Source of the DNA: Candidatus Micrarchaeota archaeon | Lineage (GTDB): Archaea > Micrarchaeota > Micrarchaeia > Anstonellales > Bilamarchaeaceae | Direction: 5' to 3' | NCBI GenBank assembly: GCA_018812715.1 | Contig: JAHJCT010000024.1 | Coordinates: forward strand, 7,015 to 71,014 | DNA: 64,000 bases | Part shown: positions 9,704-18,667 of the stretch, in pieces | Numbering within the stretch: position 1 is the stretch's first letter | How the letters are laid out: each line of letters starts with the position of its first letter | Made by a program: the position numbers and the translations under genes | The notes under the pieces: generated by a model | Seen by the model: the letters and a program-made list of their open reading frames with translations, nothing else | Database searches by the model: none | What the model was told of the DNA's origin: nothing

Positions 9704-10618
9704 ATGGAATTAGTGCCTAGGGGGTTATTTAATGAGAGAAAAGGTACTGCACAATCAGGAAAGGATTATTTTACCCGAGATATCAGAACTAAAATCTTAA
9801 TGTTGTTTGATGATTTTGATCTAAACCACTTAGACACTTCTTCTGTTGTAGTAGTAGGCGGAAGTTATCGGAATTCCTGTTTAAGGCTAATGAAATCTAA
9901 GTTAAAATATTTGGTAGACCTGGGACATATTGATAAGTTTGAGGAATTTTTCTTAAGTTGTACTCTTAATGAGCTTCTCTCATGTGTCGAGTTGTATACT
10001 AAATGTATGGAGGAAATAATATCGAGGTATGAACAACATGAACGAACCAAACTATATAGTCGAGGTTATGATACTAGTCAACTCCTAGTAACTTTTGTTA
10101 AATCATTCAATAATTTATTGGCTTACCATAAAATCCCATATCACTTTGTTTACAATGATGTATTAGATAAACTGTTTATTGAAAAACAGTTTAATGAAGT
10201 GGAAGAAGAGGTCAAAGAGAAAATTTACGAAATAATCAAAAATGAGCCCAAGATTAATGAATATTTTACGCAATCTTTAGGGGATTATGCCAAAAGGGAA
10301 TATAAAGTTTCTATAGAAAATGCGTACTTAACTCTAGAAAAATATCTTAAAGTTAAAACCAAAAATCACAACTTGGATGCTGTAAGAAATTTTGTAGAAT
10401 TTCAAAAGAAATACTCATTCAATGAAAAAGGAATATTCTCTGTTAGGCCCGATATAATCAAAAACAAGATTTCGCTAATTTACTCTATTAGAAGCGAACT
10501 AAAATCCCATTCCGATAGGGAAACTTTTGATACTAATAAATTTTTGGAAGAGACAGCTAAGTTCCAATTAAACGAAGTTATGAATTGTATACTTATATTA
10601 GAGGACTTGAGTAAATGA
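9704..10618 (+). CDS. Hypothetical 304-aa protein embedded between hsdM and hsdS. Markedly AT-rich.
   Basis: Its ATG lies 3 nt after the hsdM stop. Its stop overlaps the hsdS ATG as ATGA. GC is about 30-33% against about 47% for hsdM and hsdR. No Walker A or other motif seen. Confidence 0.6.
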   Translation: MELVPRGLFNERKGTAQSGKDYFTRDIRTKILMLFDDFDLNHLDTSSVVVVGGSYRNSCLRLMKSKLKYLVDLGHIDKFEEFFLSCTLNELLSCVELYTKCMEEIISRYEQHERTKLYSRGYDTSQLLVTFVKSFNNLLAYHKIPYHFVYNDVLDKLFIEKQFNEVEEEVKEKIYEIIKNEPKINEYFTQSLGDYAKREYKVSIENAYLTLEKYLKVKTKNHNLDAVRNFVEFQKKYSFNEKGIFSVRPDIIKNKISLIYSIRSELKSHSDRETFDTNKFLEETAKFQLNEVMNCILILEDLSK

Positions 10619-11940
10619 AGAACACACATCTAAAAGAAACCGAAATCGGAGAAATCCCTGAAGAGTGGCAATTGAAAAGGGTAGATGAGATTGCAGTCAT
10701 AAACGAAGCTGCTGTAGGTAAAAAATATCAATGTGAAGAAATTGAGTATATAGATATAGATTCTGTAGAAGAAGGCCAAATAAAAACTGTTAAAAAAATG
10801 AAATTGGCAGAAGCACCGAGCAGAGCAAAACGAATTGTTAAGAAAAACGACATTTTGATCTCCACAGTAAGGCCCAATCTGAAGCATTATGCCTTTATCT
10901 CAGCAGCAAAACCAAATACGGTAGCTTCCACTGGATTTGCAGTAATATCCGCAAAAGGCATAGACCCGAGGTTTCTCTATTATTGTTTAACTACGCAGAA
11001 ATATACGAATTACCTTTCTGCGATTGCAGATGCGCATACCTCAACATACCCTTCATTTAACCCAGATATTATAGAGAATTCAAATATTCCTTATCCGCCC
11101 ATTCCAGAACAACATATCATCGCCAAAATCCTTTCCGATTTGGACGCCAAAATCGAACTAAACCGCCAAATGAACCAAACCTTGGAACAAATCGGTGAGG
11201 CCCTTTTCAAGCGCTGGTTCGTTGATTTCGAATTCCCTAATGAGGAAGGCAAGCCGTACAAATCAAGCGGCGGGGAGATGGTGGATTCGGAGCTGGGGGA
11301 GATACCAAAGGGGTGGAATGCGAGTAAATTGGGGGAACACGTATCTATGGTTAGGGGTTGTTCTTATTCTAGTGCAGGATTAAAGGATTCGGAAAATGCT
11401 TTAGTTACGTTGAAATCAATTGAACGTGGAGGCGGATTCAAGACTGAGGGATTCAAGCCCTATATTGGTGAGTTTAAGGATAAGCATATTGTAAAAAACG
11501 GTGAAATAATTGTAGCACACACTGATTTAACACAAAATGCCGAAGTTCTTGGTAAGCCTGCGATAGTTCGGGAAGTACCTTATTTCAATAAATTAATCGC
11601 ATCCATGGATTTAGGGATTATTAGGCCAACTGACGATAGGGCATCTAATCCATTTTTGTACTATCTTTTGAAGTCTGATCAATTCCAAAATCATGCCTAT
11701 GGGTATGCGAGTGGAACAACAGTATTGCATCTAAGCAGTAAAGCCATTCCTGATTTTCAATTTATTTTGGCGAGAAAAGAAGTAATCACCCGTTTTACTC
11801 AAATCGTAGAAAAGTTAACTATGAAAATTCAGTACAACTTTTCAGAAGCAGAAAATCTTGAAAAGATTCGAGATACCCTCCTCCCAAAGCTCATGTCCGG
11901 ACAGATAAGGGTAAAAATCCCCAAAGAGAGTGCTAACTGA
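10615..11940 (+). CDS. hsdS: Type I R-M specificity subunit (HsdS) with two target-recognition domains.
   Basis: Conserved central region [23 protein letters not shown] and C-terminal region [12 protein letters not shown]. Two variable TRD-like halves. Its end overlaps the hsdR start (ATG at 11940). Confidence 0.85.
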   Translation: MKNTHLKETEIGEIPEEWQLKRVDEIAVINEAAVGKKYQCEEIEYIDIDSVEEGQIKTVKKMKLAEAPSRAKRIVKKNDILISTVRPNLKHYAFISAAKPNTVASTGFAVISAKGIDPRFLYYCLTTQKYTNYLSAIADAHTSTYPSFNPDIIENSNIPYPPIPEQHIIAKILSDLDAKIELNRQMNQTLEQIGEALFKRWFVDFEFPNEEGKPYKSSGGEMVDSELGEIPKGWNASKLGEHVSMVRGCSYSSAGLKDSENALVTLKSIERGGGFKTEGFKPYIGEFKDKHIVKNGEIIVAHTDLTQNAEVLGKPAIVREVPYFNKLIASMDLGIIRPTDDRASNPFLYYLLKSDQFQNHAYGYASGTTVLHLSSKAIPDFQFILARKEVITRFTQIVEKLTMKIQYNFSEAENLEKIRDTLLPKLMSGQIRVKIPKESAN

Positions 11941-14900
11941 TGGATCACGCTATAACCGAATCAGAAACCGAAGAACTTGCCCTTCAGACACTCGCAAAGC
12001 TGGGCTACAAGGTGATTTTTGGTCCGAATATAGCTCCAGACGGCCCAAACCCAGAAAGGGGTTCATATTCCGATGTTGTGCTTGTCGAAAGGCTCAAGGC
12101 AGCAGTTCAGAAGATAAACCCGACCATTCCAGCCGAAGTCCGGGAAGAGGCGATAAAGAAGGTCCTCAGGACAGAAAGCCCGAAGCTCATAGTCAATAAC
12201 CACAATTTCCACAAAATGCTTGTTGAGGGCGTAAACGTAGAATACCGTCAAAAAGGCGCCATCAGAGGAGACAAGGTCTGGCTTTTTGATTACAAGAGGC
12301 CGGAAAACAACGAATTTCTTGCAGTCAACCAGTTTACAGTCATAGAAAACAACAACAACCGCAGGCCAGACATCGTTTTATTCGTGAACGGGCTTCCTTT
12401 GGTAGTAATCGAACTGAAAAATCCTGCTGACGAAAACGCAACCATAAGAACTGCCTTTAACCAGTTTCAGACATACAAGGTCCAGATCCCATCATTGTTC
12501 AGTTATAACGCATTTCTGATTATCAGCGATGGCTTTGACGCCCGGGCAGGAACGATTACCTCCGAATGGGAACGCTTCATGCCCTGGAAAACGATTGAGG
12601 GCAAAGCCAAGGCCCCTATCACCTCTCCATTGATGGAGGTTCTTATCCTTGGAATGTTCAACAAACCATTTTTCCTAGATCTTATCCGCCATTTCATCGT
12701 ATTCGAAAAGGAACACCACAAATATTCTAAGAAACTCGCTGCATACCATCAATACCATGCAGTAAATCGGGCCATTGGATCAACCCGAGGCGCTCTCAAA
12801 GGGGATAAACGGTGCGGCATTGTATGGCATACCCAAGGCTCAGGAAAGAGCCTTACTATGGCCTTCTACACTGGGAAGCTCATCCTTGCCCTGGATAACC
12901 CCACAATAGTCGTCCTTACTGACCGTAATGATCTTGACGACCAGCTTTTCCAGACTTACAGCAGATGCCAGGAGTTGCTCAGGCAGAAGCCAGTCCAGGC
13001 CGAATCAAGAAAAAGCCTTAAAACCCTGCTTAAAGTTGCATCTGGCGGCGTTGTCTTTACTACAATCCAGAAATTCTTCCCTGAAGGCAAAGGAGACAAA
13101 TTCCCGCTTCTATCTGAACGGCGCAATATCGTTGTAATCGCAGACGAGGCCCATAGGAGCCAGTATGACTTTATCGATGGTTTTGCCAAGCATATGAGGG
13201 ACGCTCTTCCGAATGCTTCTTTCATAGGATTTACCGGAACCCCGATTGAAAAGGCGGATAGAAGCACTCCGGCGGTTTTTGGGAACTGTATTGACATTTA
13301 CGATATAGAACAGGCAGTTACAGATGGCAACACAGTCAGGATTTTCTACGAAAGCAGGCTCGCAAAGCTTGAACTCAAGGAAACTGAAAGGCCAAAAATA
13401 GATCCTGAGTTTGAGGAAATTACCGAAGGGGAAGAGGTCTCCCATAAGGAACGGTTGAAAAGCAAATGGGCCAGGCTTGAAGCCGTCGTTGGAAGTGAAA
13501 AGAGAATAAAACGCATAGCAAAGGATATTGTTACTCATTTTGAGAAACGGCAGGAAATCCTCGAAGGAAAAGGAATCATAGTGGCTATGAGCCGTAGAAT
13601 TTGTATTGACCTTTATAAGGAAATTAGAAAGCTGAGGCCGGAATGGTGCCACAAAGACGATGAAAATGGCAGTCTAAAGGTAATCATGACTGGCTCGGCA
13701 ACCGATCCGGTGAGTTGGCAAGAGCACATTAGGAATACTACCAGGAGACGTGCTCTGGGCGACCGTTTCAAGAATCCTGAAGATCCAATAAAGCTTGTCA
13801 TTGTAAGGGACATGTGGCTTACTGGCTTTGATGTGCCAAGCCTTCATACGATGTACCTTGACAAACCTATGCGGGGACATGGGCTGATGCAGGCAATAGC
13901 CAGAGTAAACCGTGTATTCAGGGACAAGCCCGGTGGGCTGATTGTTGATTACATAGGAGTTGCTGACGACCTTCGAAAGGCGTTGTCTGAATATACTGAA
14001 AGCGGAGGAAAAGGAAAACCTGTCTTTGATCAGGAAGAAGCAGTTGCGGCGATGCTGGAGAAATACGAAATAGTAACTTCAATGCTCCATGGCTTCGAAT
14101 ACCAGCGCTTTTTCAAGGCAGGAACAAGCCAAAAGATGTCAATTATCCTTGAAGCAGAAGAATTTGTATCAATGCAACCTGAAGGCAAAGAGCGCTTCAT
14201 AAAAAACGTTTCCCTTCTTTCCAAGGCCTTTGCACTGGCCGCTCCTCATGAAGAAGCACTCAAGTTAAGGGATGACCTTGCATTTTTCCAAGCCGTTAAA
14301 GCAAGGCTTTCTAAATTCAGGGAAATGGCTGGTAAGCCAGAGGAAGAACTTGACACCGCAATACGGCAGATTGTATCAAAAGCCATAGTGTCCGATAAAG
14401 TCGTTGATATCTTCCAGGCGGCAGGGCTAAGAAAACCTGATATTTCAATACTTTCAGATGAGTTTTTAGCCGAAGTCAAAGGGATGAGACATAAAAACCT
14501 AGCCTTTGAACTGCTGAAAAAGTTGCTAAATGACGAACTTAACTCCAGAAGCAGGAAAAATCTTATCCAATCCCGTTCATTTGCAGCTTTGCTGGAAAAG
14601 ACCATCAAGAAATATCAAACCAGGGCTATCGATTCAGCAGAAATCATTGAGGAGTTAATAGACCTTGCCAAGGATATACGGGAAGCCGATAAACGGGGGG
14701 AAGAATTAGGGCTTTCTTCTGATGAAATTGCGTTTTATGATGCGCTTGAAGTCAATGATAGCGCAGTAAAGGTTCTTGGCGATGAAACGCTTAGAACGAT
14801 TGCCCGCGAACTTGTGAAAATGGTCAAAGCTAACGCAAGCATAGACTGGACTTTGAGGGAGAATGTCAAGGCCGCTATGCGGGTTGCCGTAAAACGCATA

Positions 14901-15002
14901 CTTAGGAAATATGGTTATCCCCCTGATAAGCAGGAGTCAGCGACTCAGACAGTCATTAAACAGGCTGAACTTCTTGCGGACAGCTGGACCGTTGGAGCAT
15001 AA
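11940..15002 (+). CDS. hsdR: Type I restriction enzyme R subunit (HsdR). SF2 helicase plus nuclease.
   Basis: Walker [17 protein letters not shown] box [10 protein letters not shown] and helicase C-terminal motifs. 1020 aa. Confidence 0.9.
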   Translation: MDHAITESETEELALQTLAKLGYKVIFGPNIAPDGPNPERGSYSDVVLVERLKAAVQKINPTIPAEVREEAIKKVLRTESPKLIVNNHNFHKMLVEGVNVEYRQKGAIRGDKVWLFDYKRPENNEFLAVNQFTVIENNNNRRPDIVLFVNGLPLVVIELKNPADENATIRTAFNQFQTYKVQIPSLFSYNAFLIISDGFDARAGTITSEWERFMPWKTIEGKAKAPITSPLMEVLILGMFNKPFFLDLIRHFIVFEKEHHKYSKKLAAYHQYHAVNRAIGSTRGALKGDKRCGIVWHTQGSGKSLTMAFYTGKLILALDNPTIVVLTDRNDLDDQLFQTYSRCQELLRQKPVQAESRKSLKTLLKVASGGVVFTTIQKFFPEGKGDKFPLLSERRNIVVIADEAHRSQYDFIDGFAKHMRDALPNASFIGFTGTPIEKADRSTPAVFGNCIDIYDIEQAVTDGNTVRIFYESRLAKLELKETERPKIDPEFEEITEGEEVSHKERLKSKWARLEAVVGSEKRIKRIAKDIVTHFEKRQEILEGKGIIVAMSRRICIDLYKEIRKLRPEWCHKDDENGSLKVIMTGSATDPVSWQEHIRNTTRRRALGDRFKNPEDPIKLVIVRDMWLTGFDVPSLHTMYLDKPMRGHGLMQAIARVNRVFRDKPGGLIVDYIGVADDLRKALSEYTESGGKGKPVFDQEEAVAAMLEKYEIVTSMLHGFEYQRFFKAGTSQKMSIILEAEEFVSMQPEGKERFIKNVSLLSKAFALAAPHEEALKLRDDLAFFQAVKARLSKFREMAGKPEEELDTAIRQIVSKAIVSDKVVDIFQAAGLRKPDISILSDEFLAEVKGMRHKNLAFELLKKLLNDELNSRSRKNLIQSRSFAALLEKTIKKYQTRAIDSAEIIEELIDLAKDIREADKRGEELGLSSDEIAFYDALEVNDSAVKVLGDETLRTIARELVKMVKANASIDWTLRENVKAAMRVAVKRILRKYGYPPDKQESATQTVIKQAELLADSWTVGA

Positions 15003-15018
15003 ATTGCCGTATTTGATG

Positions 15019-15053
15019 CCGTAATTTACTGGCGATTTTACCTAAAATTACGG
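15019..15053. terminator. Candidate bidirectional terminator hairpin between the convergent hsdR and VirB4-fragment genes.
   Basis: Inverted repeat CCGTAATTT(N17)AAATTACGG followed by an A/T-rich run. Confidence 0.3.
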
Positions 15054-15132
15054 TCAAAAATTTGGCCGTAAATTTCTCAAGAATTGAGGAATTATGCCCC
15101 AATTCGCTTATTTTTGCATTATTAGCGATTCA

Positions 15133-15957
15133 TTATTTTGTGCTGAGCTGGGAGATGATGCCTGGGAGCTCGTTTCTGGTAATGGTTTTTCCGAATTTTT
15201 CGTAGTTTCGTTTTTCCCTCCAGCCAGTTACTACTATGTAGAAATCTGAGTACTGGGCCCTTACTGCATCAAACTTGGCTATATGGGCCTCATTGGAATA
15301 GCCCCTGAAATTTTCCCCAGTTTCCACTTCAAAAGCGATTTTTTCCTTTTTGATTGAAACAACGATATCTCCCGGCTGGGTGGTCTTCATATCAACTGTT
15401 TTGAAACGCTCCTTCAGCATATAGTAAATCATCCAACAAAAGAAGGCATGTCTCGGGCTCTCCCTATTCCTCCTTTTCACCAAATGCCAGGCAGAACCTC
15501 CAAACTGTCCTAAACGGTCCTTATGGAGAGCATAGCCATTCTCTACCAAGTACGTTATCTCCTCTTCAGTCAGGCCGTCTTTCTGGTAAATCCCCTTCTT
15601 CAAGTCAATCTTTGGCACAGACTTTTTTTCAACCGGATTCTGAGGCCTTGGCGTCTCCTTTGGATGGGTCGTTATTATCTCATGAAGTTTCTCGGAGGAC
15701 TTGACAAAGAACTTGTGGGAATCGTGCTCAGTAATGACCAAGCCAAAGCCACTCGGAGCTGTAAGAAGATAGTTTTTGGCCGGATCATTGAGCTTGAGGG
15801 TATTAGAAATCAGGTCTATATTCGTGGGATTCTGCCTCATCAATATCTTAACCGAGGCAGTATTGAGGATGGAACGTCCCGCCTTGCTTCTTAGCAAATC
15901 CTCAATCTCCTGGGTGATAAAGCCTATCGAGGCATTGAACTTCCTTGAGGTCTTCAC
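15133..15957 (-). pseudogene. 5'-truncated VirB4/TrbE-like conjugative ATPase C-terminal fragment fused to a C-terminal domain of unknown, possibly nuclease-like, function.
   Basis: ASIGFITQEIEDLLRSKAGRSILNTASVKILMRQN...NTLKLND...GFGLVITEHDSHKFF matches the VirB4/TrbE C-terminal pattern (ATQS..D......TKI.L.N...LGLN....GL......F). The frame stays open upstream to about 16093 with no ATG, and it overlaps the integrase 3' end. The track start is a GTG. Confidence 0.5.
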
Positions 15958-16028
15958 AAAATCAAGGATATATCCGGCGGCCTCTCCGTTTACAAGGGCA
16001 TGGTCCCGGCTAACGTCAAAGGAGGGGG

Positions 16029-17069
16029 TCAGGAGATTTCTGAAATCGTCATCCGATATGTCCTCTTCCTCGGGCCATAGACGTCAAGGATGGCATTATC
16101 GACGTCCCTTCCGCTGAGGTGGACATAGACGCTGGCCATATCCGAGCCCTGAACCCAGCCGAAATACTCCTTCATCTGGGCCTCGGTAAGCTTGTTGGCC
16201 AGGGCGGTGGCCCTGGAATGGCGGAAAAGGTGTGGTGTGATCTTCTTCTTGATGCCCGCTTTTACGGCTACGTCGCAGATAATCCGTTTGGTAACCGAAT
16301 AATGGAGCGGAAGCGTGTCCATCGCCTTACGGTCCAGGTATCTTGACCAGAGATAGGCCTCAGGGTCATCCTTGTAGGGGTGGAAATCCATCCAGAGGGC
16401 AAGGGCCGGGGCAGAAGCGACTAGCCTTATCCTCCGGTCCCCAGTCTTGCCAGTAACCCTTATTATGGCCCCAAAATCGTCGAATTCGACGTTTTTTAGC
16501 TGGATTGTGAGCAATTCCATTATCCTGCATCCGCTCTCATAGAGGACCTGAATCATAGCCTTATCCCGGGGCTTGGTGGCAGCATCGGCCATCCGCTTTA
16601 TCTCATCCTCGGAGATAAGCTCTTCGGGAAGCTTGACCAGGCGCTCCTTGACATGGCACTTAATCCAGCGGACTTCATCTGGATAATCCTCGTCGTTGCC
16701 CTTGAACCATTTGAAGAACCTCTTGATGAGAATCTTCCGGTCAGCCTTGGTCCAGGCCTTCAAATCGCTAGTCTCGACCTTTCCCACGAGCTCCAGAAGG
16801 TCCTTCTTCGTAACCTTGGCAAATGGTTTTCCGAAATTACGGGAGAACCAGCTCAGATTACCGAGGTATTTGAGCCTCCTCAGCCTTCCCAGCCCGATAG
16901 AGGCAATATAGGAGTCGAACTCCAGAATCAGCTTCTTATTCGCTGGAATGACGCTTTTATCATTCCGCAATGACTCCAGCCGGGTCTCTAGCCTTCGGGC
17001 CGTATTCTTCAAATCACACTTCACATCCATCACCTTCGTTTCCAGTCTTTTTACCGTTTTATGCAACAT
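16029..17069 (-). CDS. int: Tyrosine recombinase/integrase, XerC/XerA-like. Intact.
   Basis: C-terminal catalytic region HLFRHSRATALANKL...YVHLSGRDV, consistent with an R..H..R..Y catalytic tetrad. 346 aa. It sits next to a tRNA gene. Confidence 0.8.
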   Translation of the reverse strand: MLHKTVKRLETKVMDVKCDLKNTARRLETRLESLRNDKSVIPANKKLILEFDSYIASIGLGRLRRLKYLGNLSWFSRNFGKPFAKVTKKDLLELVGKVETSDLKAWTKADRKILIKRFFKWFKGNDEDYPDEVRWIKCHVKERLVKLPEELISEDEIKRMADAATKPRDKAMIQVLYESGCRIMELLTIQLKNVEFDDFGAIIRVTGKTGDRRIRLVASAPALALWMDFHPYKDDPEAYLWSRYLDRKAMDTLPLHYSVTKRIICDVAVKAGIKKKITPHLFRHSRATALANKLTEAQMKEYFGWVQGSDMASVYVHLSGRDVDNAILDVYGPRKRTYRMTISEIS

Positions 17070-17533
17070 ATTGCACGAAAGGCGAGGATGCGATCCGCCA
17101 AAACGGCGTATCGGCCCAGGAACCCGCAGCCTGTTATAAAAAGCGGCGGCGTGTTGCCTAGGGAGTTGCGTTAAAAGAATAAAGCCGGGTAAGGGAGTTG
17201 TTCAAACTTCTGATCGATGTGCCTTTTGATCAAACTTTTGGCATTTGTTTACACAGGTCAAAAGTTTGTTGAACCCCTCTATGCCGCTTTCTACCCCCAG
17301 TTTTTGGGGCGCCTTTCCCGATTGAAACAAAGTTTCAATGGGCACCTTGAACGCAAAGCGTTCAATTGTGTTCCTAAAAAGGTGCACTGCAGGCGGCCGC
17401 ATAGCCGATCTGCCAACCCGGCTTGTGTGTAATTAAAGAAAGTTGCATTTTTAAATGATATCAGGCAAAGTCTCATAACATTTCTGAACTTGTTTCAGGA
17501 AAATAAACCAACCTTAGAATGACATAAGGAAAT

Positions 17534-17647
17534 GGGCCCGTAGCTCAGCTTGGTAGAGCGTCGGACTTTTAATCCGCAGGTCGAGGGTTCGAATCCAAGC
17601 TTTTGAAAAAGCTTGATCAAAACTTGGCGTTTATCCCTCCGGGCCCG
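17534..17647 (+). tRNA. tRNA-Lys(TTT) interrupted by a 40-nt intron in the T-arm, at about 17595-17634. The exons fold into a perfect cloverleaf.
   Basis: Exon 1 reads GGGCCCG-TA-GCTC-AGCTTGGTA-GAGC-G-TCGGA-CTTTTAA-TCCGC-AGGTC-GAGGG-TTCGAAT. After the 40-nt insert, exon 2 reads CCCTC-CGGGCCC-G. The acceptor stem and T-stem are perfectly complementary only across the insert. Confidence 0.8.
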
Positions 17648-17803
17648 ATCTTCTTTTCTTTTGAAACTTGTTTCAATCTAAGACCCCACCTTATTATGAA
17701 ATATAAACTTTTGTCAGCATATTTGTTGGTAATGAAGTTTTTGGCATTTGGTAGTGGAAACGGAGCCGGCCAAAGAAAAAAGCCATTCAAAAATAAGACA
17801 ATT

Positions 17804-18667
17804 ATGCGACCAGATGGTGTTGAGGTTTCTTATAGATACAGAAGACCAGAAACAAATAATCCGAATATTGCTTTTCAAGGAGGATGGACGACCCACCCAG
17901 CCGTTTATCTTGCACAAATTAGAGATTTAGCATCACAATATGGAGTCCTTACTATGGAAAATAGAGGGCATTGGCATAGTCGTCTTGGAAACAGCACTCC
18001 AAACACTTATATCGATGATCTTGTTGAGGATTTCAAAGCGATTCTAGACGCAGAAAAAATTGAAAAAATAGTAATAACCGGACATTCTATGTGGGGTGCA
18101 GCAGCAATGCACTTTTATCATAAATATCCAGAAAGAGTTTTAGGATTGGTGCTAGTTGCTCCAGCATATACAGACCCACGAAAACTTGGATTTATGAAAA
18201 ACTATGATTTTTTACATCCGATCAGTGAGAAACTTGCTTCTCTTGCAGGCCATGCAACTGGATTTGATTTTGTTAAGAGACATGTGCTTTCTAGAACTCC
18301 ATTGGCTTGGCATGCATTGAGATTTGTTCTTCTAGTTACATTCCTAAAGGAAGCTAAAAATCAAGAAGACGTAGAAAAAATGATCAAAAACGTTTACAGA
18401 GCAGATATAAAGGCAATGAGTATGTCAATGCAAGCACTTTTTCTAATGAATGGTAATCTTCGTGAAAAAGCTAGAGAAATAGAAGTTCCAGTATTAATCA
18501 TAGGGGGAAAACAAGATTCGTTAATACATCCAGAAAGCTTAGAGGAACTAGCGGATTATGTTCCGAACGCCAAACTTGAGATATGGAATGAAGTTGCGCA
18601 TTTCCCTATGCTAACTTATCCTGCGAGATTTACACATCGCGTAGTGCAATTTCTTGAGGACATTTAG
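17804..18667 (+). CDS. Alpha/beta-hydrolase fold protein. The track start at 17603 overlaps the tRNA. Likely starts are 17804 or 17696.
   Basis: Nucleophile-elbow-like ITGHSMWGAAA, then HG-type context LVLVAPAY. Typical abhydrolase length. Confidence 0.6.
   Translation: MRPDGVEVSYRYRRPETNNPNIAFQGGWTTHPAVYLAQIRDLASQYGVLTMENRGHWHSRLGNSTPNTYIDDLVEDFKAILDAEKIEKIVITGHSMWGAAAMHFYHKYPERVLGLVLVAPAYTDPRKLGFMKNYDFLHPISEKLASLAGHATGFDFVKRHVLSRTPLAWHALRFVLLVTFLKEAKNQEDVEKMIKNVYRADIKAMSMSMQALFLMNGNLREKAREIEVPVLIIGGKQDSLIHPESLEELADYVPNAKLEIWNEVAHFPMLTYPARFTHRVVQFLEDI

Larger units (their letters stand above)
6590..17200. mobile_element. Integrated element, a degenerate integrative conjugative element, carrying a Type I R-M system. 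An alternative outer boundary at about 3918 would include the low-GC cargo genes.
   Basis: GC rises abruptly at about 6590 and falls again at about 17200. It contains an integrase, a VirB4 fragment, pilin-like genes, an Orc1 fragment and R-M genes. The right end abuts tRNA-Lys. Direct repeats lie at 3918 and 17181. Confidence 0.6.

Noticed and set aside
12063-14608. Multiple antisense or out-of-frame ORFs within hsdR. Examples are 12956-13297 (minus), 13110-13652 (minus), 14246-14608 (minus) and 11930-12199 (plus).
   Set aside because: They are embedded in the 1020-aa HsdR frame, which has helicase motifs. They are serine-rich and low-complexity, typical of antisense artefacts.
15523-16346. 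Plus-strand ORFs (15523-15894, 15776-16117, 16119-16346) across the VirB4-fragment and integrase region.
   Set aside because: They are antisense to the integrase gene and to the VirB4-like frame, and have no motifs.
17595-17634. Reading the 40-nt interruption of the tRNA as the integration junction (att site) of the mobile element instead of an intron.
   Set aside because: The insert is far too short to be an element. Both exons are complete and fold into a perfect cloverleaf when joined. The insert is internally self-complementary like archaeal tRNA introns.
17603-17803. ORF-track start of the alpha/beta-hydrolase gene at 17603.
   Set aside because: It would overlap the 3' exon and intron of tRNA-Lys. 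In-frame Met codons at 17696 and 17804 give a conventional hydrolase N-terminus.
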